From positions 43,831-107,830 of the forward strand of contig JACRKZ010000012.1 of the NCBI GenBank assembly GCA_016235455.1: a DNA stretch of 64,000 nt, in the 5' to 3' direction. A program made the position numbers and the translations under genes. Shown here one piece after another: positions 28,819-39,278 of the stretch. A model generated the notes under the pieces. The model saw nothing but the letters and a program-made list of their open reading frames with translations, did no database searches and had not been told where the DNA came from. This DNA comes from Armatimonadota bacterium. Its GTDB lineage: Bacteria > Armatimonadota > UBA10988. The number at the start of each line of letters is the position of its first letter. Position 1 is the first letter of the stretch.

Positions 28819-29001
28819 TGTCGTGCTGGGGCCAGCCAGCACCAATGCCGGACCGCCACGATCCAGCGTGGCATCGGCCAGAGGCGCAGCCGGCGGCCGA
28901 CCCGATGGCGACGCCGTTGGGAACGTCGGGTCTGCGACCCGATGCCACGCAGGAGCGTGGCGGTCCGGAGAGGGCGGTGCCTGCCGCAGGCGGTCACGCC
29001 A
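28819..29001 (+). repeat. ~185-bp REPIN/MITE-like structured repeat, copy 2
   Basis: CCAATGCCGGACCGCCACGATCCAGCGTGGCATCGGCCAGAGGCGCAGCC...GATGCCACGCAGGAGCGTGGCGGTCCGG; core nearly identical to copy 3. Left boundary is approximate. Confidence 0.85.
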
Positions 29002-29064
29002 ATCCCTCGCCCCACTGAAGGACTCCCCGCGTCCAAGGCGTAGGCCAGCGCGGGAGCCCTGCCG

Positions 29065-31311
29065 ATGCCCGCTGTCGCCCTACTCCTCTGCCTCGTCGCC
29101 GCGCCAACGCCACCACCCCATGTGGTGCTACTGCACTCGGCCTACGGCGACTACCGCCACCGTGGCGATTACGACGCCCTGCTGACCGGCCTCGGCTGGC
29201 CCACCGAGAAGGTGGAGAACACGCGCTTTGCCGATCTGGCGCCGCGGCTGGGCGAGTTCGACGTCGTGCTGGGCACCGCACTGTACAACCTCGGCAACCC
29301 CCAGGACCTGCTGGCCCGACGCGCCGAGGTGGTCGGCTGGATTGAGCGCGGCGGCGCGCTGCTGCTCACCGACACCAACTACAACGAACACCTGGCCTGT
29401 CTGGCCGGCCTGGGCGACGGCTACGCCGCCGAGGCGGTCCGCTGCGAGGTCGGCGGCCTGCCGGTGACACTGCCCGAGCCCGACCACTCGCTGCTCAACT
29501 GGCCCAACCGGGTCAAGGCCAGCGCCACCTGGTCGCACATGAAGCTCGGCCCCAAGTGGCGCGTGCTGGCCCGCTGCGCCGACGGCTCGCCGATCTTCGC
29601 CATCGCGCCGCTGGGCCGCGGGTTCATCCAACTCTCCAGCACCTGGCCGCTGAGCGCCTACCGCCTGACCAACGCCTGGGAGTACCTGCGGCTGCGCCGC
29701 GCCGGGGTCGACCGCTTCGCCGCGGACGGGCTCGACGGGTTTGGGCCAGGCAACAACCGCGCCAAGTTGCGACTGGACCTGGCCGGCACGTCGCCCGTGC
29801 CGGTCAGGTGGCATATCCAGCAGCCCGACGGCCAGCTGGTCACCGCCCAGGCGGTCGCCCGCGAGCCACACTCGGCCCTGGCGCTGACCGCCAAGCTGAG
29901 CCAGCGCGGCACGCATCGCACCTGGATCGAGGTCGGCACCGATCCGCTCTACACGTCCGCCGCGCGCGAGGTGCGTGTGCCGGACGCCGTCGAACCGCTC
30001 ATCGTCGCCCCGACCTACCGCGGCTACCTGCCACTGGGGCTGCCCAAGCAGAGCGTCCGGCTCAGTCTCACCGCCTACCCGTTCGGCGAGGCGCTGGAGG
30101 GCGCGCGAAGCACCATTGCGCTGCGCCAGGCCGGTCGCACCGTGGCCGAGACCAGCGCCACGCCGCCGATGCGCCAGGGCCAGCAGACCATCGTGACACT
30201 GCCGTATGGCAAGGCCGTCGACGGCCCCTGTGAACTGCTGGTGACCACCACGCGCGGCGGACACGAGCTGGCGCGGCGCTCGTTACCGTTGCGCGTGTTG
30301 GCCGACTCCAAGCCGCAGGTGCTGCTCGACGAGCATCAGGCCTTGCGCGTCGACGGCCAGCCGTTTTTCCCCATCGGCATGTACCACGTGCCCGACGAGG
30401 CGCTGGCCGAGGCACGCGCCATGGGCCTCAACTGCCATCAGGCCTGGGGCGGCCCGCTGGATGTCTCGCGCCGCTCGCTCGACGCCGGCCAGAAGGCGGG
30501 CATGAAGGTCATCCTGGAGATGTCTGGCTTCCTGCGCGGCAATTACCAGCCCGAGGCGCTACGGGCCGTGGTGCGCGAACTCAAGACGCATCCGGCGCTG
30601 CTGGCCTGGTACACGGTGGACGAACCGGCCGGTGAGCAGCACGCCTGGTGCCTCGACGCTTACCGCATCTGCCGCGAGGAAGACCCCAACCACCCGGTGT
30701 TCCTGGTCAGTTGCGACCCCAGCCAGTTCGCCAACTACACGGCGACGACGGACATCCTGGCCATTGACCCCTATCCCATCGATGGCGCGCCGGTGCGCAT
30801 GGTGGCCGACTGGTGCCGTACCGCCGTGGCCGCCGTGGCCGATCGGCAGCCCTACTGGCTCATCCCCCAGTTGCAGAACCTGACCGCCTACACCGACCCC
30901 ACCAAGGGCCGCGGACCCACACCAGCCGAAGAGTGGTGCATGGTGGCGCAAGGCCTGGTGCACGGCGCACGCGGAGTCGTCTACTACCCCTGGAACGACG
31001 GTGCCAACGGTCTGACCCATGAGCCGGCCTTGCAGAAGGAACTGCCGCTCATCAACCGCCTGCTGGCCCAGATCGGCCCCGACCTGGCCGTCGCCGAGCG
31101 CACGCTGCTGACCGATGCCGCCCAGCCCGATCTGCACGCGGCGACCTTCGCCGCGTCGCCGAGACTGCTGGTGGCGACAAACACGGGCCAGAAGCCGGTG
31201 ACGCTGACGCTGCCGGCGGGCCGCTGGTCGAGCCTGCGCGAGGCGCGGACGCTGCCTGGCACGGTGACGTTGGGCGCGCTGGAGGTGGTGGTGGCCCGGG
31301 CCGAGAAGTAG
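29065..31311 (+). CDS. Secreted protein with C-terminal glycoside-hydrolase-like (clan A TIM-barrel) domain
   Basis: VDGQPFFPIGMY, HPALLAWYTVDEP, EDPNHPV, DILAIDPYPI, HGARGVVYY. Confidence 0.7.
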   Translation: MPAVALLLCLVAAPTPPPHVVLLHSAYGDYRHRGDYDALLTGLGWPTEKVENTRFADLAPRLGEFDVVLGTALYNLGNPQDLLARRAEVVGWIERGGALLLTDTNYNEHLACLAGLGDGYAAEAVRCEVGGLPVTLPEPDHSLLNWPNRVKASATWSHMKLGPKWRVLARCADGSPIFAIAPLGRGFIQLSSTWPLSAYRLTNAWEYLRLRRAGVDRFAADGLDGFGPGNNRAKLRLDLAGTSPVPVRWHIQQPDGQLVTAQAVAREPHSALALTAKLSQRGTHRTWIEVGTDPLYTSAAREVRVPDAVEPLIVAPTYRGYLPLGLPKQSVRLSLTAYPFGEALEGARSTIALRQAGRTVAETSATPPMRQGQQTIVTLPYGKAVDGPCELLVTTTRGGHELARRSLPLRVLADSKPQVLLDEHQALRVDGQPFFPIGMYHVPDEALAEARAMGLNCHQAWGGPLDVSRRSLDAGQKAGMKVILEMSGFLRGNYQPEALRAVVRELKTHPALLAWYTVDEPAGEQHAWCLDAYRICREEDPNHPVFLVSCDPSQFANYTATTDILAIDPYPIDGAPVRMVADWCRTAVAAVADRQPYWLIPQLQNLTAYTDPTKGRGPTPAEEWCMVAQGLVHGARGVVYYPWNDGANGLTHEPALQKELPLINRLLAQIGPDLAVAERTLLTDAAQPDLHAATFAASPRLLVATNTGQKPVTLTLPAGRWSSLREARTLPGTVTLGALEVVVARAEK

Positions 31312-31334
31312 TGGTCTGGACAGGAACCCAGCCC

Positions 31335-31895
31335 ATGCCGCGCCTCTACCACGTCCCGCTCGGCCTGCTTCTCGCCTGCCTCCTGGCCGGGTGCTATGGC
31401 GCGCTGCACGACCAGCTCTCGTGGACGCTGAGCCCCGAGTACTTCCTCGACAACAAGTTCATCCAGTTCGCCATCCCCGCGCACCTGCACAACCGGCTCG
31501 GCGCGGCCTGGGTCGGATGGCTGGCCACGTGGTGGATGGGGCTCTTCGTCGGCGTGTTCCTGGTGCCCGCGGCGCTGGTCTTGCCGGGTCGGCAGCATTC
31601 CTTCCGGCGGGCGACTGGCGCGTTGCTGACCGCGTTGGGTACGGCGCTGCTGGTCGGCGGGGTGGCGCTGGCCGCGTCGTTCGTGGTCATCGGGCCGGAG
31701 ATCGCCGGGGCCAGGAGCTTTCCCGCGGGCGTCGTGGACAAGGTGGCCTATGCGCGTGTGGGCATGATGCACAACGCGAGCTACATGGGTGGATTCCTGG
31801 GCATCTTCGCGGGGCTGGTCTACCTGCTGCTCGGCGCGCTCACTCACAGTCGCGCCGCATCCCAGCGGTACTGCGCCACGTCGGGGTCCTTGTAG
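31335..31895 (+). CDS. Hypothetical multi-pass membrane protein
   Basis: About four hydrophobic segments; YGALHDQLSWTLSPEYF, ATWWMG, MHNASY. Confidence 0.7.
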   Translation: MPRLYHVPLGLLLACLLAGCYGALHDQLSWTLSPEYFLDNKFIQFAIPAHLHNRLGAAWVGWLATWWMGLFVGVFLVPAALVLPGRQHSFRRATGALLTALGTALLVGGVALAASFVVIGPEIAGARSFPAGVVDKVAYARVGMMHNASYMGGFLGIFAGLVYLLLGALTHSRAASQRYCATSGSL

Positions 31896-34042
31896 TCGTT
31901 ACGGCTGCCCTGCATGGTCTTGCCATCCTCGGACAGCGTGAACTTGGCCCCGCCCCACAGGGCGCCATCGCGCTCCTTCCACTTGAGCCGCAACACACGA
32001 CCGTCGACGGTACCCTCCAGCGTGCCGGCCGTGCCGCCGTAGCTGCCAGTGACGCGGTTGCCCTCCTGGACCAGGACGATCTCGCCCCAGTCACCCCAAG
32101 TGGTCTTCCAGGTGCCGGCGAAGGTCGGCGCGGTCGTTGGCGGGTTGGTCACCCGAGCCGCGCCGGCCGCCGCGGTCGACGGTCGACCATCATCGGCCAC
32201 ACGCTCGTAGGTCCAGGTGACCAGCCCCCAGGTTTTGGTGCCCGGGTCATGGCCGACGCTGACCTGGATCCACGGCGCATAGCCGGGCCGGAAGGTGAGC
32301 TTGAGGACGCCGAGGTGCGGTGAGCCCCCGGATGCGGGCAGCCGGAAGTTGCCCTGGCTGCCGGCGCCATTCAGGCTGCCTGCGGGCACCGGGTCGGACC
32401 GGTTGCTGACGTCACCAAGGTTGTACCAGCCGCCAACCGATGCGCCGGGCACCGCCGAGGCCGACATGCGCAGCGACACCAAGTCGCCGTCGCGCAGCAC
32501 CGTCGGCGGCTCGTCCCAGGTCAGCGTGTTGGTGGCCGGCTTGCCATCGGCGCCGGTGCCGGTGTAGACCAGCGACGTGGGCGTGGCGGTGGTCGACGGG
32601 TCGCCGAAGCCGGTCATGACCGGTTTGCCACGCAGCCACATGAACTTTGCCCCTGCCGCCCCGCTGGTTGGCGTGGCATCGCGGTTGACGTCCACCGTCG
32701 CTTCGGCGAAGCAGGCCTTGCCGCGCGGGTCGCCGGCCAGGCAAACCTCCAGTTTGAGCGTCACCGCGCCGGGCTCGCCGGGCGCCTTGAGCCCGAAGGC
32801 CTCGAGCGGGACGGTGTGGATGCCGTCGCTGAGACCTGGCTCGGCATCGTTCTCGGGCAAGCGCTTGTCGGCGGCGCCAAAGCCGGGCGTGGTGGTCAAG
32901 TGGAGCCTCGCGCGCGCCTTGAACGGTCGGGCGGCATCGTAGCCGATGCGGCTCACGTTGCGAATGAGAACGCTGACCTCGCCGCTGTACACCTCACCCG
33001 GCAAGACGCGAGGCTTGGCTCGGATCACGGCGCGCGCTGCCTCCGGCAGGTCTCTGCCCTTGAGCGCAGCCACGGTCCAGGCCGCGGCTGCCTGCGTGCC
33101 ACCGTCGTTCCTGAGGCGATCTTCCAGCCGGCGCCACTGAGCGGCGGTATCGAGGATGGCCAACTCGCGGGCCTTGTCGAAGAGGGTCCGGCCGTCGGGC
33201 GCGATGACCCGGCCTTGCAGCGTGCCGCCGTAGTCCTTGGCGATCTCGTAGTGCAGGACATCGAAGGCGTCGGTGGCGTAGTGCAGCGCCTTCTCATATT
33301 CGGGGAAGTTCATGCGGTCGCCGAACAGGTCGTCCGAGTGGAACCGGAAGCCCTCGCCAACGGCCTGGATCATCAGCTTGCGGAAGGCCCGGATCTCCGC
33401 GATTTCGCCGACCAGCATGAAGCGCTGGAGCGTGTCCAGCTTGCCGTCGTTGACCAACTCGCGGGGCACCTGCTTCATGGTTGTGCCCTCGTTGTTGACC
33501 AGGCTGCTCCAGTAGAACTGGCCGCTCTTGACGCCGGCCGGCCGGTTGTTCCAGTCTACCGGCGCGTAGGGCAGCCCCTTGACCAGAGCGGTCTCCACGT
33601 AGTTCGAGTGGCAATAGAAGTCCTGAAGCGTATGCAGCCCTTCGCCGAGCGCATACAGCGCCCGACTGGCAGCGCTCCTGCTGTCCGCCAGGTCGGGCGA
33701 CATGGGCGCGTCGCCGCCCAACAGCAGGCCGGTGTCGAGGCGGTCCTGAATGTAGGTCCAGGCCTCGGGGATCTTGTTGTCATCGCAGTGATGGTGCGGC
33801 GAGGCCGTGAACTTGCGGCTGAGCACCGAGTCCTGGCTATCGGCGCCGACGCGCACCGCGTCGACGGCGTCGGGCATGAAGCCCAAGGGCATCAGGGCGT
33901 CCTGCAGCATTGCCAGATGAGCGGCGCCGCCCCACCACTCAAAGCTGTTGAAGCCCCAAGCGCGGTGCCCGAAGCAGAGGACCACGCACAGCCCGAACAG
34001 AACGACCCGACCGCTGGTCCGCGGCACCAGTGTGCGTTCCAT
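31844..34042 (-). CDS. Secreted HET-C/VWA7-like (zinc phospholipase C fold) protein with C-terminal beta-barrel-like domain
   Basis: GGAGG RBS, signal peptide, HHHCDD, LGEGLHTLQDFYCHSNYVE, IAKD; C-terminal FAGTWKTTWG...VTGSY. Confidence 0.75.
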   Translation of the reverse strand: MERTLVPRTSGRVVLFGLCVVLCFGHRAWGFNSFEWWGGAAHLAMLQDALMPLGFMPDAVDAVRVGADSQDSVLSRKFTASPHHHCDDNKIPEAWTYIQDRLDTGLLLGGDAPMSPDLADSRSAASRALYALGEGLHTLQDFYCHSNYVETALVKGLPYAPVDWNNRPAGVKSGQFYWSSLVNNEGTTMKQVPRELVNDGKLDTLQRFMLVGEIAEIRAFRKLMIQAVGEGFRFHSDDLFGDRMNFPEYEKALHYATDAFDVLHYEIAKDYGGTLQGRVIAPDGRTLFDKARELAILDTAAQWRRLEDRLRNDGGTQAAAAWTVAALKGRDLPEAARAVIRAKPRVLPGEVYSGEVSVLIRNVSRIGYDAARPFKARARLHLTTTPGFGAADKRLPENDAEPGLSDGIHTVPLEAFGLKAPGEPGAVTLKLEVCLAGDPRGKACFAEATVDVNRDATPTSGAAGAKFMWLRGKPVMTGFGDPSTTATPTSLVYTGTGADGKPATNTLTWDEPPTVLRDGDLVSLRMSASAVPGASVGGWYNLGDVSNRSDPVPAGSLNGAGSQGNFRLPASGGSPHLGVLKLTFRPGYAPWIQVSVGHDPGTKTWGLVTWTYERVADDGRPSTAAAGAARVTNPPTTAPTFAGTWKTTWGDWGEIVLVQEGNRVTGSYGGTAGTLEGTVDGRVLRLKWKERDGALWGGAKFTLSEDGKTMQGSRNDYKDPDVAQYRWDAARL

Positions 34043-34169
34043 GGCGCAAGCCTCCCAGATGGGGATTGGTAGGCCGACGGCGCTGGACGAGCCGCCCAAG
34101 GCTAGACACTATGCTAGCGTGCGCCGGGGAGATCCGCACCGCCCAGATCCGGAGCGCGCGCGCGACCCG

Positions 34170-37100
34170 TCAGGCCGCCGTCACGCGGTGCGAGTAGGCG
34201 CGTGACACGCCCGGCTCGGCCATGGTGATGCCATACAGCGTGTTGGCCGCGCGCGTCGTCTCGGGATTGTGGGTGATGACGATGAACTGGCTGCTCTGAG
34301 CGAACTCGTCCAGCAACTCGCGGTACTTGCGCAGGTTGGCCTCGTCCAGCGGCGCGTCGAGCTCGTCCAGCAGGCAGAACGGCGTCGGCTTGACCCGGAA
34401 CATGCTCATCAGCAGCGTGATGGTGGTCATGGCGCGCTCGCCGCCGGACAGCAGAGTCAAGTTCTGGGTGCGCTTGCCCGGCATCTGCACCATCACCTCA
34501 ATGCCGCTCTCGAGGAAGTTGTCGGGGTCACACCAGGCCAGCGCGCCCGTGCCTTCGGTGCCGAAGACGCGCTTGAACAGCGTGTCGAACTCACGATTGA
34601 CCGCTTCGAAGGCCTGCGCCAGGCGCTCGCGGCTGACCACATCGATCTCGGCCATGACCAGCAGCAGGTCGTCGCGCGCACGCTGCAAGTCGGCCTTCTC
34701 GCGCTCGTAGAAGACGATGCGCTCGGTGACGCGGTCGTACTCCTCGATGGCGCCGACGTTCACGTCGCCCAGTTCACCGATGGCCTCGCGCAAGGCCTGC
34801 AGCTCGCCCGCGGCCTCGGCGCGATTGGCGATGGGTTCGGCCCGCTCGGCGGCCTGGGCCATGGTCAGGCCGGGATGGTCCTCGGCCAGCGCCTGCTCCA
34901 GATGGGCCAGTTCGGCCACGGCCTGGGCCTCGCGCAACTCCGCGCGGTGGCGGGCCTCCAGCGCCGCCTGCTGGGCGCCGCGGGCCGCACGCAACTCGGT
35001 GGTACCGGTCTCCAGGCGGCCGGCCAGCTCCTGGTGTTGGCCGCGCAAGCCGTCCACCACCGCCGACGCGGCACGCACGGTGGCCAGCAGATCGTCATGG
35101 CGGGTCTGGGCCGCCTCGAGCTCGCCGCGCAGCCGGGCAATGCTCGCCTGCCAGGAATCGCGTTCGGCCACGGCGCGTTCGGCCTCGCGCACAGCGCGTT
35201 CGCGGGCGACCGCGCGGCGTTGGGCCGATTCCCCGAGCGCCTGCAAGCGGCTTTCGACGCGCGCGGTCGATACGCGCTCGGCGGCCAGCGCCTGGTCGGC
35301 CAACTCGCGCGTAACGCGCGCGGCCTGGTACTGTGCGTCGTGCTCGGCCAGCCCTGCCACGAGCGCCTCGCGGCCCGTCGACGCGGTGGCGTGGGCCTGC
35401 TCGGCTTGGGCCATGCGCTCCTGCGCCCGTTCGGCGTCGGCGCGGAGCTGCGTTTCGCTCTCGCCGAGGCGGCCAGCCTCGCTCTCGGCGCGGGCCAACG
35501 CCGCGCGGGCCTGCAGCCGGGCGCGCTCGGCTTCAGACAGCGCCTTCTGCGCGGCATAGACGGCGTGGCCAGCCTCGCGCTGCGCGGTCTGGGCAGCCTC
35601 GTGCTCGGCGGCGGACGTGGCTTGCTCGGCGGTCAACCCGGTCTGCTCGGCCTCACGGCGCTGGACTTCGTCCTCCAGCCGCTCCAGCTCGCGCTTGCGG
35701 CTGAGCAGCGTCGGTCCGCGCTCCTCGCGGCTGCCGCCGGTGATGGCGCCGCTGGGGCGGATGAGGTCGCCGTCGCGCGTGGCGATGACCAGGCGGTCGA
35801 AGCCAGCGCGGCGCACGCCGAGCCCCGCCTCCAGATCCTCGACCACAACGATGTTCCACAGCAGGTGGCGGCGTACCGTCTCGAAATAGGCATCGCAGGT
35901 GACCAGGTCCAGCGCATGGCCAACCACGCCGGGCAGGCGCCGCAGCCGGCTCAGGTCGCCGGGCTCGCCGGGCCGCTCCAGCAGGTCCATGGGCAGGAAC
36001 GTGGCGCGGCCGCCTCGCTCGGCCTTGAGCAGGTCGATGGCGGCGCGGGCATCCTCGCCGCCCGCGCAGATGAGGTCCTGCAGCCGCGGTCCCAACGCCG
36101 CTTCCAGCGCGGCATCGCAGCCGTCGGCCACGTCCAGCACGTCGGCCACGGGGTCGAAATCAGTCTTCAGCCGGCCGCGGTCGCGCGCCTGGAGCACGGC
36201 CTTCACGCCGGCAAACAGGCCCTGATAGCTCTGGGCCGCGGCCACCAGCGCCGACAACCGGCCGCGCGCTTCGCCCAGCACCTCCTGCTGCGCGGCGGCG
36301 CGCTTACGCAGTTCGGCCAGGCGGGCCTCGCTGGCCGTGACCTGCGCGGCGCACTGCGCGCGCGACTCGTTGGCGGCGGCCTGGGCCTGTTCCGCCGCGG
36401 CCACGGCGGCCTCGGCGGCTTCCACCTTGATCTGCTCGGTGGCTTGCCGTTCGGCGGCCGATTGGCCGCGACTGGCCAGATCCTCCAGCCGGCGCGTGGC
36501 GCTGGCCAGGGCTTCGGCGGCACTGTCGCGCTGGGCGCGCGCGGTGGCCAGTTGCCGGTCGAGCTGAGCCAGCTCGGCACGCAGCGCCGACGCCTGGCCC
36601 TGCACCGCGTCCTCGGCCTGCTTGGCGGCGATGGACGCTTCGCGTCGCTGCTCCAACGCCGTCTTCAGGGCAGCCAGCTCGCCCAGCAAGCGCTCGGCCT
36701 CGGCGGCGTCGGCGCTGTCGCGTTCGGCCTCATCGGCCAGCAGGTCGGCGCGGCGGCGCTCGGCCTCGTCGGCCTCGGCCAGGCGCTGGCTCAGGTTGTG
36801 CTCCTGCTCGGCGCGCAGGCGAGTGTCGGCCTCGTGCCGTTCAGCGGCGAGTTGCGCCTCGTGCAGTGCTCCCCGCGCGGTGCCAAGCTGCTCGTCGAGC
36901 GCCAGCAGCTCAAGCCGCCAGCCCTGCTCGCCGGCTTCGAGTTCGGCCAGCCCGGCCTGTGCCGCGGTGACCGCGTCGTCCAGCCCGGCCATCTCCTCGC
37001 GCAGCCGCTCCAGGCGCTTGCCGCTCAGCGCGTGGTCCTTGACCTGCAGGCTGAGCTTGAGGCCTTCGAACCGCGCCCGCAACTCCAGGAAGCGCTGAGC

Positions 37101-37733
37101 GGTGGTGCGCTGCTCGTGCAGCGGCTCCACCTGCAGGCGCAGTTCGGCGGTCAGGTCATCCACACGGGTCAGGCTGGCGGCGGTATCGTTGAGCCGGCGC
37201 AGCGTGTCGTCGCGCTGGGTGCGGTAGCGCTCGATGCCGGCCACTTCGTCCAACATGCGGCGGCGGTCGGCGGGGTCGATGGACAGCAGCGCATCGATCT
37301 CGCGCTGGCTGATGACCGAGAAGGCCGGCCGGCCCACGCCGGTGTCGAGGAACAGATCGACCACGTCGCGGCGGCGGCAGACGCGGTTGTTGAGGCGGTA
37401 TTCGGTCTCGCCATTGCGGTAGACGCGGCGGCCGACGCTGACTTCGGCCATGTCGAGGGGCAACGAGCCGTCGGCGTTGTCGACGGTCAGCGTAACCTCG
37501 GCGTAGCTCAGGGGGCGCCGACCCGAGGAGCCGGCGAAGATGACGTCGGCCGGCTCGCTGGCGCGGATGGCACTGAGGCGACGTTCGGCGAGCACCCACA
37601 GCAGCGCATCGGCGCAGTTGGATTTGCCGCTACCGTTCGGTCCGATGATGGCGGTGATGCCGTCATCGAACACGAACTCGGTGGCGTCGGCGAAGGTCTT
37701 GAAGCCGTAGAGCTCCAGGCGTTTGAGGCGCAT
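34170..37733 (-). CDS. smc: Chromosome segregation protein SMC
   Basis: GFKTFA, GPNGSGKSN, long coiled coils, hinge GRATFLP, LSGGE, LLDELDAPLD, FIVITH; 1187 aa. Confidence 0.97.
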   Translation of the reverse strand: MRLKRLELYGFKTFADATEFVFDDGITAIIGPNGSGKSNCADALLWVLAERRLSAIRASEPADVIFAGSSGRRPLSYAEVTLTVDNADGSLPLDMAEVSVGRRVYRNGETEYRLNNRVCRRRDVVDLFLDTGVGRPAFSVISQREIDALLSIDPADRRRMLDEVAGIERYRTQRDDTLRRLNDTAASLTRVDDLTAELRLQVEPLHEQRTTAQRFLELRARFEGLKLSLQVKDHALSGKRLERLREEMAGLDDAVTAAQAGLAELEAGEQGWRLELLALDEQLGTARGALHEAQLAAERHEADTRLRAEQEHNLSQRLAEADEAERRRADLLADEAERDSADAAEAERLLGELAALKTALEQRREASIAAKQAEDAVQGQASALRAELAQLDRQLATARAQRDSAAEALASATRRLEDLASRGQSAAERQATEQIKVEAAEAAVAAAEQAQAAANESRAQCAAQVTASEARLAELRKRAAAQQEVLGEARGRLSALVAAAQSYQGLFAGVKAVLQARDRGRLKTDFDPVADVLDVADGCDAALEAALGPRLQDLICAGGEDARAAIDLLKAERGGRATFLPMDLLERPGEPGDLSRLRRLPGVVGHALDLVTCDAYFETVRRHLLWNIVVVEDLEAGLGVRRAGFDRLVIATRDGDLIRPSGAITGGSREERGPTLLSRKRELERLEDEVQRREAEQTGLTAEQATSAAEHEAAQTAQREAGHAVYAAQKALSEAERARLQARAALARAESEAGRLGESETQLRADAERAQERMAQAEQAHATASTGREALVAGLAEHDAQYQAARVTRELADQALAAERVSTARVESRLQALGESAQRRAVARERAVREAERAVAERDSWQASIARLRGELEAAQTRHDDLLATVRAASAVVDGLRGQHQELAGRLETGTTELRAARGAQQAALEARHRAELREAQAVAELAHLEQALAEDHPGLTMAQAAERAEPIANRAEAAGELQALREAIGELGDVNVGAIEEYDRVTERIVFYEREKADLQRARDDLLLVMAEIDVVSRERLAQAFEAVNREFDTLFKRVFGTEGTGALAWCDPDNFLESGIEVMVQMPGKRTQNLTLLSGGERAMTTITLLMSMFRVKPTPFCLLDELDAPLDEANLRKYRELLDEFAQSSQFIVITHNPETTRAANTLYGITMAEPGVSRAYSHRVTAA

Positions 37734-37745
37734 CAGGTAGAATGC

Positions 37746-39278
37746 CTAGAACGCCTCGGGCGTGTCGTCTTCTTCGTCCGCCCACGGCTCCTCGTCCTCG
37801 GCGGCCGGCTCATTTTCGTCGTCCTCGTCCTCGTCGTCGTCGTCCAGGTCGGCCCCGAGCAGCGGCTCGCCATCGTCGTCGAACCCGTCCAGATCGGCAT
37901 TGAGCCGGCGCGACGACCGCTCGCGCACGGGCGCGGTCGGCGCCACGTCGCCCACGGCGGTGCGCACCCGGCCCAGCGCCACGCGCGCGGCCTCGCGCAC
38001 GTCGCCGTCCTGGTCCTTCTCCGCGATTTCGAGGGCATGGCGCGAGCGGCTGTCGCCCAGCTTGCCCAGCGCCTCAATGACCTTGGCCTTGACGGCAGCC
38101 TTCTCGTCGGCCGCGGACAGAATGAGCGGGATGACCGCTTCGGGGCTGCCCAGCTTGCCCAGCGCTTCGGCGCAGAAGGCGCGCACGCTCCATTCGCTGT
38201 CGCGCAGACCGTGCACCAACGGCTCCACGGCCGCCGGATCCTCAAGTTCCAGCAGCGCCTGGGCTGCCTGCAGCCTCACCATGGCATTGGAATCGTCGAG
38301 CATGTCCGACAGCGCCTCGACCGCCACCGGGCCGCCCAGGTCGCGCAGGGCGTTGATGGCTACCGAGCGGATGTCGCGGTGCTTTTCCTTGAGCAACGGC
38401 AGCAACGAACGCACGGCGCGCTGCACGTCGACATGGCCGACCTTGCCCAGCGCTTCCGCGGCATAGTGGCGGACCCGCGGGTCGTGGTCGTCCAGCGCCT
38501 CGACCAGCGCGTCGAACGAGCGCGCATCGCCCAGCCGGCCCAGCGCGTCGGCGGCGTGAAGCCGGCCATGGGCGCTGTCGTGGCGCAGCAGACCAATCAG
38601 CTCGGCCACCGCGTCGGGGCCGATCTTGACCAGCGCCTGCACGGCGGTGTCGCGCAGGTCGCCCGACGAGCTGGTCAGCGACATGACCAGCTTGGGGATG
38701 GCCTGGGCACTGCCGATCTCGCCCAACGCCTCGGCGGCGTAGCGGCAGAGCTCAACGTTGTCGTCGTCGAGCATGTCGATGAGCCGGGCCGTGGCGCCGG
38801 ACGCCTTGATCTTGCCCAGCGCGCGCGCGGCCTGCTTGCGCACCTCGGCGTCGTCGTCGCCCAGCGCGCCGACCAGCGCATCGAGCGCCGACAGGTCGGC
38901 AATGAGCCCGAGCGTCTCGGCGGCGCGCCGGCGCATCTTGGCATCCTTGTCGACCAGCTTCTCGACCAGGGTCGGCACGGCCTTGACGCCCATGGCGGCC
39001 AGGGCCTCGACGCCCTTGCGCTGCACGTTGACGCTGGGATCAGCCAGCGTCTCGACCAGCGGGGTCAAGGCGCGCTCGGAGCCCAACTCACCCAAGGCCC
39101 GGGCAGCGCCCATGCGGACCTGGAAGGAGCCGTCCTTGAGCGCGGTGCAAAGCGGCTCGGTGACATCCTCGCCGAGGCTCATGATGGCCTCGTGCGCCTT
39201 CTCCAACTCCGCCTCGTCGCGGCTGCGGAGTTGCTCGATCAGTTCATCAATGCTCAGCTTGTTGGCTGGCTTCGCCAT
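37746..39278 (-). CDS. Long HEAT/PBS-lyase repeat protein with acidic C-terminal tail
   Basis: More than a dozen ~31-aa repeats of type LVxALxDxxxxVRxxAAEALGxLG; tail DDDDEDEDDENEP...EEDD. Confidence 0.92.
   Translation of the reverse strand: MAKPANKLSIDELIEQLRSRDEAELEKAHEAIMSLGEDVTEPLCTALKDGSFQVRMGAARALGELGSERALTPLVETLADPSVNVQRKGVEALAAMGVKAVPTLVEKLVDKDAKMRRRAAETLGLIADLSALDALVGALGDDDAEVRKQAARALGKIKASGATARLIDMLDDDNVELCRYAAEALGEIGSAQAIPKLVMSLTSSSGDLRDTAVQALVKIGPDAVAELIGLLRHDSAHGRLHAADALGRLGDARSFDALVEALDDHDPRVRHYAAEALGKVGHVDVQRAVRSLLPLLKEKHRDIRSVAINALRDLGGPVAVEALSDMLDDSNAMVRLQAAQALLELEDPAAVEPLVHGLRDSEWSVRAFCAEALGKLGSPEAVIPLILSAADEKAAVKAKVIEALGKLGDSRSRHALEIAEKDQDGDVREAARVALGRVRTAVGDVAPTAPVRERSSRRLNADLDGFDDDGEPLLGADLDDDDEDEDDENEPAAEDEEPWADEEDDTPEAF

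Noticed and set aside
34170-37733. Wadjet/MksBEF or SbcC-type defence SMC
   Set aside because: Length, hinge and motifs fit canonical housekeeping SMC; no jetABD or sbcD neighbours.
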